NCBI RefSeq assembly: GCF_032062105.1
Contig: NW_026938254.1
Location: 558,001-622,000 of the forward strand
Length of the DNA stretch: 64,000 nt
Source: Saccostrea cucullata
Taxonomy: Eukaryota
Direction of reading: 5' to 3'
Each line of letters opens with the position of its first letter. Position 1 is the stretch's first letter. This document shows positions 45,348 through 58,729 of the stretch, piece after piece. A model generated the notes under the pieces. It did no database searches. It was not told the origin of the DNA and saw nothing but the letters and a program-made list of their open reading frames with translations. The translations under genes and the position numbers were made by a program.

Positions 45348-48300
45348 ATGACAATGGATGTGGACCCAGCACCCACAGACTTTCTACATGGGCTGAACAG
45401 GATCAGGTGCAATGGTTCCCGGATCAAGGTGGGAAACCGAGACTTTACATCTGCCTCAGAGGCCCTGGAAGCTTACCTGGACCAGTACGCAGGTAATCAA
45501 ACTAGTCATCTAGTGATTTAGTGATTTACACAAGATTGTTGACGGTAAGACAAAGTTTTGTATTGAAAATTTGGAATTATTACAAATTTTCAAATCAGAC
45601 TCTGGCTTTATAGCTATAATATAACTCTTGATAACAGTAAAATTTACTATCAGTCACATCCTTAACAGAAAGACTTGGCTATTTAATATGAGCTATAATG
45701 ACGTCTTTAGATACATTTAATCCTACTCTTAGTCTCACCCAGTCTGTAGCTGACATCTGAAGCCATTAATACATGCATGGAAAGTCTGCAAAATCGATCA
45801 GGTATTCTTTTGCAGATAAATGAGTTTCTTTTTTTCTAAATTGTATGTGTATATTTTAGGTTTGACCTCCAAACATAAAGGTCGATATAAGCAGAATGTG
45901 TCGGATCTGTTGGATCCTAAGTCTGCTCTCCACCTCACTGCAGAGCGATCTCTACAGACAGGAGTCCGGGACACCGCCACTGAACTCCAGCTGGCCACCG
46001 CCAGGGAATCCATCAATGAATCCTACGACAAAATGAAAAGGAGCATGGCCCTCAGAGCTGAAGGTATTTATAGATTTGGAAAGTTATAGAATATACTTAC
46101 CCTATAAGAATCAAAGACCTAGAATTTTTACCTGTTTAAGAAAATATTTAGGTTTTCAGTAGTGATACCTTAAGATATATGATAAATAGTTTCAGATTGT
46201 AGTTTTTCAACCCAGCCCCATGTTTTTTCTCTCCAATATTTGGCATATTATTATACCCCCCGCAAACGAAGTTTGGGGGGTATATAGGAATCACCATGTC
46301 CGTCTGTCTGTCTAGCTGTCCGTCTGTCTGTGCAATCGTGTCCGGTCCATATCTTTCTTACAGAGGGACATTAGAATCTACTACTCCACACAAAAATTGC
46401 CTATGACTTAAGGGTGTGTCATGACCTTGACCCAAGGTCATTTGGGGAAGTTCAAGGTCACTGAAGAAAAATTTCATAATTTGTGTCCGGTCCATATCTT
46501 TCTTATGAATAAACTTGGTAGGTTGTCATTTCACACAAAGATTGCCCATGACCCAAGGGTGTGTCATGACCTTGACTCAAGGTCATGTAGGGAAGTTCAA
46601 GGTCACTGGAAGAAAAATTTCATAATTCGTGTCCGATCCATATCTTTCTTATGGATAAATTTGGTAGGTTCTCATTTCACACAAAGATTGCCCATGACCA
46701 AAGGGTGTGTCATGACCTTGACCCAAGGTCATTTTGGGAACTTCAAGGTCATTGGAAAAATTTCATAATTTCACACATGCCCATCCAAGGGTGTGTCATG
46801 ACCTTGACCCAAGGTCATAGGTCTGGAAAAAAAAATTCATAATTCATGTGGATAAACTTGGTAGGTTGTCATTTCACACAAAGATTGCCCATGACCCAAG
46901 GGTGTGTCTTGACCTTGACCCAAGGTCATTTGGGGAAGTTCAAGGTCACTGGAAGAAAAATTTCAAAATTCATGTTTGATACATATCTTTATTATGGAAA
47001 AACTTACTTCTGAAAAACCCAGAGGGGGGTATTTTGTCCCGTTTGGACATTTCTAGTTATATATAGTTATGGTTTAGAAGCAAAACACCAATCCAAAAAC
47101 ACTATTCATAATAGCTTTTTTATTATTCACTTGTATATCAATTTCATAAATGCACTACAATTGTCACCCATCATACTTTTAATTGTAACTCTAATGCTGG
47201 AGCCAAACATTTTTGTTGAAGTTCAGAATAATCAGGACTGATATTCTGTATTGCACATTTATGAATTAACTCCATATTTTCATAAAAGTTGTCATTACAC
47301 AATTTAAAAAATATATATATTTTCCAGAATTTATTCAAATTAGAATGACAATCAGTTTAAAAGTTTAAGTCATTTGTCATGATAACGAAGTTGCATGTAA
47401 ACTTCCTGTTTTTGTAATGGCCTCAGATCGGAAAAGAAGGAACAGACATGGTAAGATCCTGGTGTAAAGTGTAGAGAGAGGGAAGGCATGTTTTGAAAGT
47501 AGTTCATTCACGTCATGTTTTGACAAAGTATTTTCTTTTGCAAAAATTTGTACAATTTTGCAGACTTGTTTCTATCAAGAATCATTTACGTCAGCATGAC
47601 CATTGTTGTATGAGTTAAATTTGATATACTGTCTTGAAGAATATGAAGGAAATAAATAAAATGACACATCTTTTAAGTTGTTTAAATCAGATTTATAGGT
47701 TAAAGTTTATGAATATTTAGTAGGCCAGATTTCTTTTTTATTGCACATCCTGCACCATGAATTATTTCCCTTGTTACATTCATGCTCATGCTCATGCTCA
47801 TGCAATATATGTCAAAATATTTAGCCAGAGACATATAAAATAATGGTTTTATATGTCTCTGATTTAGCATAGAAAAGAATTATAGCATTAATTTGACATT
47901 TGATATCAGTGCTATATGAAATCACTTTACTATGTATATATATATATATACAAGGGTTGCCTTAAAAAGTTTGCAGACAAATGCTGTAATTTTCTAGAAA
48001 CAATCCCACAGTCAAAATCAGATGTGTATGATATTATTTTAATGTAGACTTTGATTTAATAAAAGTTAAAAATTAAACAATACCAACTATTTTATGAAAA
48101 TTATACTTATCACCCAGTCTGACATTAGTTAGTATCATGATAATGTCAAAAAATTCTTTGTTATGCCACATTGCTGAGTGCAGACACATATAAAACCATT
48201 TATATGTCTCTGCTGAGTGTGTACAATAATGTTACATCAGGTACATATGGATCATAAATGAGTACATGAATTCAAAATCAGTACACAATGATTTACAAAC

Positions 48301-51300
48301 ATCATCAGGGAAAACAATTTGAATTCACTGCCTCTACAGTCCAGTCCAGTGTTTTGCATTTTGTATGCACTGTTAAAATATCTTGATTACCAATTACACT
48401 CTAATAAACTAAAGATATTCCAATAATTTTTAGACATTTGAATAATTAGTTTGTCTCTGACCTTCTGTCAACCCTATTAAAACAAAACACTCAGTGTTTT
48501 GGAATACAAAATGTATATCAAGGACTATGGAGTATGAGAAAACATCGTTGTTTGTTAACTTTATAGACAACCCTTATATATAGCAGACAGACTCAATTTG
48601 AGGTATCATGTATATATTTTGGCATATATTGGTTCCACTTGCATGTTTTATATCTCAGAATACATGTGCATACATAGTTTATAAGCATCGGGTGTAAAAT
48701 TTCTTCAAAGACTTCTTTAACATCACTGGCCAAAGCATGCCTCCATACTCGGTGTGATTCTGATGAGCTGGGATATTATATACTTTGTGTTTATACTGTA
48801 AAACGAGAAAATTTGGCGCATACATATTTTAGCGCAAACGTAAGTGGGAGTACATTGGCGCAAATAAATTTTAGCGCTTGCACTTGTCAGTAAAATATAT
48901 AAATGTAATATTTTGGTTTTTTTTTAATCCACACCCGTATTTGACTTTTTGGTTAGTCAAGCACTGAAACATATTAGTACTCCCGTATATCAGTAAACAT
49001 TCGTTACCTTTACCGCGGTACGTGTTGCTATCACATGGACGTGGTACAATGTTAAGATTTATTTTATTTCTATTTTCATATAAAAGAAATGGAGTATTTA
49101 CTCATTCAAATCACATTAAAAGAATGCATGCATGTCAGATAAAACGGTAATCCTAATCAGGTATTGTCTGCAAGCTCAATCGCCATGCTTGATTGCATTG
49201 TTTACCTCGAGGCGATATATTGACACGCCGAGAAGCCAAACTTTGAAGGTACTAATGATAATTATCCGGTAACAGCTACCGGGGTAACAATAGTTTAATT
49301 AAATTATAATTTGGCAGAACTTTCTGTCATCCGTACATGTGCAGTGCTAGTGTGTATATAAAATCCAATGACCCCTCGGCATTACGTAATCGCGCATTCC
49401 GGTTTACATGTACTTATGTAAAAGCTTTGAACACACACAAAAAATGATATTTAAAAATCCTTTAGCGCACGATAAATTTTAGCGCTCAGGGGCTCTTGCG
49501 CCAAAGGCGCTAAAATTAGTAGTGCGCCAAATATTCTCGTTTTACAGTATATTATTGTGTGCTGTTTACAACGAACTGGGATATTGTATATTATGTCTAT
49601 ATATTATTGTGTGCTGATGAGCTGGGATACTGTATATTGTATGCTTTGTTTGGATGAGCAGGTGTATTATATATGGTAAATCTGTGTATGTTGTTTTGAG
49701 CTGTCTGTGACTTAGCTGGGATCCTGTACATATATATTAGCAGGTTATTGGAAAGTTGACAGAGGTATGCATGCACTTCTAATTGTACACCATGTAATCC
49801 AGACCTCATAATGCTTATCATACTCATACTAAAGCTAACATTTCATATACTCTATTTCTCTATGTTATATAGCTTATTTAATAATCTTCCATATTGCATT
49901 ATCTGTTGTTTTTGTTTTCATTTTATAAGTAATCTTTTTTCTGCAGTAAGAACCATAGGAAGTTCTTGGGGCAGCTTTATACTAGAACTTAAAGAAGATA
50001 ATTAATAAATAAAGAAATATTTATGGCAATTTATCAATTTAAAAAAGACAATAACTTATACACTTTATGTAAAACCCCTTTTGGTATCATAATTCTGTAA
50101 AATTTTGCAGGAAAAAACATTTCATTTACTGTGGCTTGACTATTGGGCTTTACAAATGTAATCAGTTTATATCTCCATTTGTTAAATATTTGATTGAACA
50201 GTATCTTTATTCTTTGTCCCTCCATTGTGAAGTACTTCTCATGTTGTGATCATTATATACAGTTCAACATGAATGGATAGTTTTCGATAGGCCTGAAATT
50301 AGCAAGAGTTATTTCCCATTGGAGACCCAACTAGTGAATTTTCCTCTTTGAGCACCCAATTTTAAATTTGTATGGTAGAAATATAAGGGCAAAAATTTTT
50401 AAACACCAACATTACAAATCAAAGATAGCTTGTATTAACATAAATTCATAAGAAAAATGTGTTACCTTTACCCAGTTACACAACATGAGAAATTTGATTG
50501 AAAAATGAAGGAATTCGGGCTTGTATACCTCCAATATGGTGACCAATGGAAAATAATTCAGTCTTGATAAAATTGTGTCTATTGAAAACTATCTACACGT
50601 ATATGGATAATAATTGAATTAAAAACAGAAAAAAAACTGTAAGTGGGGTCTATAAAAAGTAGTTTAACTCATAATAAACAAATATGATATCACAAGGCAT
50701 TTTTATAATTGTGTTTTATTCTCACTTTATCAAACTAAAGATAAAAATAATTTAAAAAAAAATTAAAATCAATTACTATATATTTGAAGCCTTGTGAGAA
50801 AAGTAAATATACTGGTAACTGGAGATATAGACATATTAATAACTATTCATTTAAAGTAAAACATGTTGAATGTTTGAAGTTATGGAGGAGAGAATGCGTG
50901 ATACTAATAAAAAACTAATGCTATGATTTCATATTGATGGGTCAATCAACATGGGATATGTGTTTGCTATTAAAGAAAAATTGAATATACATACAGTGTA
51001 TTACTCTTGCAGAAGGGTATGAGGTTTTTTTAGTTTTATAAAACCTTAATTTCAATCGTACAATTAGTTGATAGAATACATTTTGAATTTTCAGTGGATG
51101 AAGCATTAAACAAATCAGGGGAGTTATTACATAGGATAGCTCATGATGAGCCCTTACCTAAGGAGGGACCCAGTGACATCGAGAGTGTCAATACAGACAC
51201 ACTGATTAATATGAAGCTGGGGACAGCCGCACCAAAGAGAGGACATGTATACTCGTATAAAAACCCCAGGAACCGGTCCAAGACAGTGGGGGCTGCCCCT

Positions 51301-54300
51301 CAGAAAAGGGACCTCTCTAGTGTAGAAGACATTCTGGGATCACGGCGGAGTGGTCTGGCCAATCTTCCTCCCCCGACCAGCTACAAGTCCTCCCAGCCAA
51401 GGGAGAGAAGTAGGTCCGTGTCTCCATCTTCATTCAGACATCATGAGAGGCTAGCCAGCAATCCAGCCAGACAGGCTTATGACATTCCAGTGAAAAGCTA
51501 TGATTTAGATTTGTCTGAGAGCAAGAAGCCTCCCAGCTGGATCGATGCCCTTGATATTTCCAATCCTAGTGAGAGCTTTTGGTCCAAGAGAGATCTTGTG
51601 TCTGGTAGGCCTGCTCCTAGCTGGGTTCAAGGACTAGATAAATCTGATATTACTAGTGTTACTGCTGATCTACCTCAGAAGCGAGTGGGCTTCTCAGAAA
51701 ATGTGGCACAGTCAAATTTTAATAGATCACATGACTCAAACCCCCCTGGTCTAGATTTTAATGATTTACTATCCAAATCACCAGGCAAATCTTCTTTAAA
51801 GTCACCAAAGTCAAGTCGTAAAGCCTACAATTTCTCCAGCAAGTTGGCACCAGAAGTACTGAAGGCTGGAAACACTAGTGCAAATAGCAGTGATATTTTA
51901 GAAAAATATTTAGAAACTTCAACAAAGGCAGATAACTCTTATGATGTGTCCCGTCCCCCTCGATGTTCTAGCTTGGATACTGAGGCATTGTTAGCAGGAA
52001 TATCGGCACCTAACAAAAGTGACATCACAGGAGCAAGCCCTATTGTCCCAGGTAAACATGAAGGTCAAGATAACTGTCAAGTATACGAGGGGCGTTCAAT
52101 AAATAATGTCATTAGCTCGATGACATACAGCATAGCAGTCGTATGACATAAAGCTTGACTTTCTCTCATTATTGAATCTTTAATGAATTTATAACAGTTT
52201 ATGTGACCACTTTTCATCACATAGGTTTATCGTGAGAAGCTTGGAAACAAGGGCTATTCGAGACACTGCATTATAAATGAATGGTAAAGAATCAGTAAAC
52301 TAGAGTGAAAATAAAAGCTACATTAAAGCTGCTGTAAAACTTGTTAAAAATCCGAAAGAAATATTCACAGAAATATGTGACATTTAAAGCAACCAATGCC
52401 TGTTTTATAGACAAATTAGCAGGTGGATTTCAATGATAAAAAATTATATAATGGGCATCAAAAATGGGTACCCTCCTTGCCAACAAAAATTATAATAGCT
52501 TATGTACTGTTTGCCAAATTTCAACAAATAATATTTGATGTTGTATGATTGACTTTAAGACACATAGCAAATTTGATAGACATCATATCGGGAGTAGTTT
52601 ACACTGTTTTTGAAACGTTTGAAGTAATTAAGCTTGGTACTCTAAGGTCACCCTGTATTTTGAAAAATGAGTTGTAGTCTTAACAATTATTTTAAAATAT
52701 CAGTAATTGTAGTAATACACGTTTGTTTCATATTCAAACAGGTATTGGAACATGAATCTATTGCTTAAAACCATTAAAACAAAATTTAACATAAGATGTA
52801 CTTGATAAAAACGGCGAATTTCGAAGGTCTGACAAGAGAAAAGGTATGCAAGAGCACGAAGACAGATTTAAATGCAATTTTCTTAAATATTAGTGGTATT
52901 ATTGTTCAAATTCGTATTCGGGGAGACAGTTTAGTATCTGGAGGTGTCTAGAGAGCAGTTTTTTGCAAAGAAATCGAAAGGTTTATCAGAGAAAGGACCC
53001 AGAATCAGGAATCCACTACATTGAATTTCTTCATGACAGCGTTCAAACCCGCAGGTAAAGAGTAAAGGGGTTTACGGGATAAACAGAAAGTTAATGTTTT
53101 TTCACATTAACAATATTTGCCAGATCTTTGATCTTTTGACTTGTTTCTATTTCTAAACTTGAAAAAAAACACCTTTCAGAAGGAAAAAACAAGTCCAGGA
53201 AAAGATCTGCCATTTTCCAGTATAAGGGTCATACCCAAAAATGAGTTCTAAAAACAATCAGAAATTGGATAAATGTTACGGACATGTGTTTGAATTAAAA
53301 GAGATAAATAAGTAAAATCATGAAGACTAAATCATTGAAAAGCGTCACTTGCTTCTTTCTGAGCCCCAATGACATTATTTATTGAACGCCCCTCGTAAGT
53401 GAATGAAAACAAAATATTTTCTCTCTTTTTAGTGTTAATATAAATGTTTTAAAAAAAACCTAAGATATTTCTATTCTTTACTGTAAATGTAAAAAAAAGA
53501 AAATATATTTTTATTTTGTACCAGGGTGTATGTTTATGTGACAAGTATTACTCAAACATATTACAATGTATTACATTTATTCAGATTCAACAAACTCAAT
53601 TGCAAGTTGGTGCAAGTTGAATTTAAATCTTGAAAGAATAAATGCCGTGGTTTTATCAATTTTTGTTGACATCAGTTTTCGTGGACTTTGTAAAACAGAT
53701 GTTTTCATGTATTCTTAATTTCATGGACAAAAGCATAACCTGTACAAATGAATAATATATTTCTTAAGTCAATTCACATTTAATTTCGTGGATCTGCACA
53801 ACAACTAAATATTTGATAATTTGTGTTCAACGATTATTGATGAAACCACAGTATTAAACAAAATACCTTGTTAACCATATATATAATACATACAATGTAT
53901 ATATTTTGATTTTGCTTCTTTGGAAATTAAAAAGGTAATGTTATAACTGTTTATTGATGTAATTTTGTATTACAGATCAATCCCCAGCACGGCCTGGGAC
54001 TTCTAACAGAGCGCGGAGCCCTGACACAGATATGGTACTGGATGGTGATCGCTCCTGGGAGAAACCTGTACTACCCAATCTGTAAGAACCTATTGCTTAT
54101 AACTGTAGAAAATAGTCCTAGACATTTAACAGATGTCATATTCTAACCTGAATATGATGCTAAATTTAGATACATGTTGTGAAATACACTTATGACATCA
54201 CATGACCCGTTTAATTAAAAAAACAAAGAATCAAGTCTTCATAAAGGAAATATCTTTTGCACAAATTAATGATACAAATTCTGATATGAATTTTTAATTT

Positions 54301-57300
54301 TAGGAAGCCCCCAGTAGTAACAGTGGATGATGACTTACAGACAGACACACTGACAGGCACTCCACAACCTGGTAGTTTGGAGGCCTTAAAGAACATGTTG
54401 TTTAAGCTACAAACTGAGGCTGCAGCACATGCAGCAGGAAATCCTACCACCATAGAAAATCTACAGGTAAGCTAACATAGAGAATGGTAAATCCTACCAC
54501 CATAGAAAATCTACAGGTATACTAACATAGAGAATGGTAAGTCCTACCACCATAGAAAATCTACAGGTAAGCTAACATAGAGAATGGTAAGTCCTACCAC
54601 CATAGAAAATCTACAGGTAAGCAAACATAGAGAATGGTAAATCCTACCGCCATAGAAAATCTACAGGTTAGCTAACACGGAGAATGGTAAATCCTACCAC
54701 CATAGAAATCTACAGGTAAGCTAACACAGAGAATGGTAAATCCTACCACCATAGAAAATCTACAGGTTAGCTAACATAGAAAATGGTAAGTCCTACCACC
54801 ATAGAAAATCTACAGGTGAGCTAACATAGAGAATGGTAAATCCTACCACCATAGAAAATCTACAGGTAAGTTCACACAGTGAATGGTAAATCCTAACACC
54901 ATAGAAAATCTACAGGTTAGCTAACATAGAGAATGGTAAATCATACCACCATAGAAAATCTGCAGGTTAGCTAACAAAGAGAATGGTAAATCCTACATCC
55001 ATAGAAATTATACAGGTAAGCTAACATACAGAATGGTAAATCCTACAACCATAGAAAATCTACATGTAAGCTAACATAGAGAATGGTAAATCCTACTTCA
55101 ATAGAAAATCTACAGGTAAACTAACATAGAGAATGGTAAATCCTTCCACCATAGAAAATCTACAGGTAAACTAACATAGAGAATGGTAAATCCTACTACA
55201 ATAGAAAATCTACAGGTAAGCTAACATAGAGAATGGTAAATCCTACAACCATAGAAAATCTACAGGTAAGTTTACATAGAGAATGGTAAATCCTACTACA
55301 ATAGAAAATCTACAGGTTAGCTAACACAAAGAATGGTAAATCCTACAACCATAGAAAATCTACAGGTAAGTTTACATAGAGAATGGTAAATCCTACCACC
55401 ATAGAAAATCTACAGGTAAGTTCACACAGTGAATGGTAAATCCTAACACCATAGAAAATCTACAGGTAAGTTTACATAGAGAATGGTAAATCCTACCACC
55501 ATAGAAAATCTACAGGTTAGCTAACATAGAGAATGGTAAATCCTACCATCATAGAAAATCTACAGGTAAGTTCACACAGAGAATGGTAAATCCTACCACC
55601 ATAATCTGCAGGTTAGCTAACATAGAGAATGGTAAATCCTTCCACCATAATCTGCAGGTTAGCTAACATAGAGAATGGTAAATCCTACCACCATAGAAAA
55701 TTTACAGGTAAGCTAACATAGAGAATGGTAAATCTTACCACCATAGAAAATCTACAGGTAAGCTAACATACAAAATCGAAGTACTATGTACAGTAAAACA
55801 AGCTTATAACAAAGTGCCAAGGATGGACAATTTTGCTTTGTTATATGTGTAATTTGTTATATCCATTAAGTTTACAGTATATTTTAAAGTCATTTGGAAT
55901 GAAATTCACTGTGCTGTAAACAAAAATTTATTATAAGCAAAATCCAACACTAAAATTCATTAGAAACAATTTTGAATCAGTTATATCTTCATACAATATA
56001 AGCCTAAAAATCTTCAAGAGGGGATATAAATGGGGAAAAAAATTCTTCATCATTGTCTAAAGAGCATAAGAGAAAAACCCAAGAAATCTTCTAAGAAATG
56101 AAAATTATGCAATTTTTTTTTTAGGCTGGAGCTCCTAATACAGAGAGACCTGAGGAAGATATTCCTGCCCTGGAGGGTTACAACTGGAAAGAGCAGCCCG
56201 GGGGACAGTCCCTAGAAAAGTATGTATTAGTAACAGTTCATTAATACTGTAAACATACAATCATAAAAGCTCAACCTTTCTCAACAACTGTTCTGTATAA
56301 TGACAAGTCGGGAAATATTGTACTAAGCTTATAAATTTACTTGATTAAATCTTAAATCATAAGTTAGCATGTACTAAATCAGTGGACTTAAAGTCGCCCG
56401 AAAGCTTATGAAGGTCAATATCTAGTAAACAAAAGATGCTTAGATTTATCAAACTTGAGAAATATATTCCTTTAATGATGCTTTATAACTTTAGCTAGGC
56501 CAAATAAAGTGTTTCCAGTCCTAATTTGTAGGTAAACAAGATGAAAAACCATATTTTAAACAGTCAATTTCAATGAAAAATTAAGAAAACCTTTCATGAA
56601 TAAGAAAGTTTTTTCCACATTCAATAAAGGAAATATATCCAGATTGCCTACAATCTCTCGGAAAACGGTAATTTGTATGTTCATGGCCTCTTCTTTAAAA
56701 TAATATCAAATTTAATATAGGTATCGGGATTGCTTTTCATTTGATTTCAAATTGAATGCCACGAAAATACCTATTTCCTATATAATTCTGCTAAAGCCGT
56801 GAAGTACGGGAAAATTTGTAAAGTATCATTAAAGGAATTTATTTCTCAAATTCAACAAAGGATGTATTCACTTTAACAAAAGAATTGACCTATAGGAGAA
56901 AACAATTTCCCGGAAAAAGTGACATCTAAATATTAATCTTTATTTGTTGTTTTCTATCGTATATATGTCTAAATTTTTCAAATTTGTATTTTATACCTAA
57001 AATTTATTATTTACAACTTTACAATAAACCTCCAAAATTGGCTGAAACACCATTTTGTCCGTTAAAGCGTTGATTTTTGCATGAATTTTGGCCTAGAAGT
57101 CCTTCAGGGCAGGCCTGCCCCTAAATAAAATTGTGATATTTTGATAGGTTAGGATGTAAGGAATGATTTAACATAGGATTTTTTTAGGGGCACCCCTGCC
57201 CTCGGGTCGAAATTCACAAAAAACCTACAAAAAATAAGGAAACCTGATTTTGATAATCTGCTTCAAATTTATACCACTAAATATCATAGTCAGACTAGCT

Positions 57301-58683
57301 CAGTTGATTTAAGTGCTGACTTTTACACCGTGTAAACTAGGGCTGGGCAATAATATCGATATTTCAATATATTGCAATACAATGACAAAAAATATCGTAT
57401 CGCAATACGATTTTGTAATATCGATATATTGGCAATATGCTTAGATTAAGGAGTTTTGTCATTAAATATTAAAATTGGGCTTAAAAGTTTGTTATTAAGC
57501 CAAACAGTACGACGGATGTTGTTTTGTGGGAAAATTTCAGAGCATAACTTTAATGAAATCAACAATTTTTTTGTCAGTGTTGGTTACTTGTCATAGTGAT
57601 GTACATTCTGCATGTAAATTAAAGTAAATATAGTAAGAAAATGCCATTTAAATTACATTGTAAATATTGCAATACATATCGCAATACAGTTTCAAATATC
57701 GCAATATATCGCAATACGAAATCTCGGGCCAATACCCAGCCCTAGTGTAAACAAACATTTTAAAGTCAGGGGTTCGAATCCACCTGGTACCACACTTTTA
57801 AAGTTTTTAATTTTCGCCTTTTCAAAGACTATTTTAATATTTTTTTATAGACTTGTGTATTTTCCTTCAATTATCTATCATTTATGCATGCCCAATTGCC
57901 CATTCTTGATATAAGAAACATTATAAAGAGATATCAAATCGTAAAAATCCAATGTACAGTTGTCAGTCAGGCGGAACAAACCTCAGTATAAGCACACTTT
58001 CTCTTAGGACAAGAATAACTCACTCTGTGTTACTCAATACAGGTATTCTTGGCAGCATTGAGCTGCGATGAAAGTCAGTTATATATACTCCTTAGAATTT
58101 AATAACATTGATTTTGGGTAAGTGACTGTACTCCCTCGGATTTGATTTAGGCCTGTATAATTTGCACACATTAATGGCATGTTTTATTATATTCATGGAT
58201 AAAATAGCCTAGACATAAAGAATAGAATTTCAGAGGCAGTAAACATTACCATTATGTACAATGCAAGTAAAGAAAAATATCAATTATTACATTTGGAGAT
58301 AACAAACTCAGAAAATCAATGTAAGGGTTCCTCCTACATGTACCTTTACTCACTGAAATAAAGATTTAGGAAAAACCAAATTGTTAGATGTATTTAGCCT
58401 AATGTCATTAATCAGAACGGAAATCGACAAGGTTTTTGTACAGAAAAAAACCAAGCCCGGTCCTATAGGTCAGATCCCTATTTATAATGAAGTGATCCTT
58501 TGTAGGCATCTTTCATTTACTAGATCTTGACCTTAAATATATCAGCTATAATAAGTATGTGTATTGTAAGTATTTCAATCAAATATATAATTATGTAATA
58601 CAGAGGCATTTTTAACTCACCTCAACGAAGTTGGGGGAGCTTATGTAATGCCATCGGTGTCGGCGTCCCGGGTTAAGGTTAAG

Positions 58684-58729
<46 letters not shown>

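Noticed and set aside
46421-46842. ORFs within HINE arrays (also 59359-59891, 60379-61338 and 63456-63901)
   Set aside because: Chance frames in satellite-like repeats; no Rep/helicase or other domain motifs.
52052-52146. C-terminal ~31 aa of the 350-aa ORF at 51094-52146
   Set aside because: Lies after the donor at 52051 and runs into the mariner TIR, so it is intronic.
54439-55770. Regular arrays (also 27658-28486 and 58940-60170) as CRISPR-like loci
   Set aside because: No unique spacers, no cas genes, and a eukaryotic intronic context; they are head-to-tail tandem repeats.
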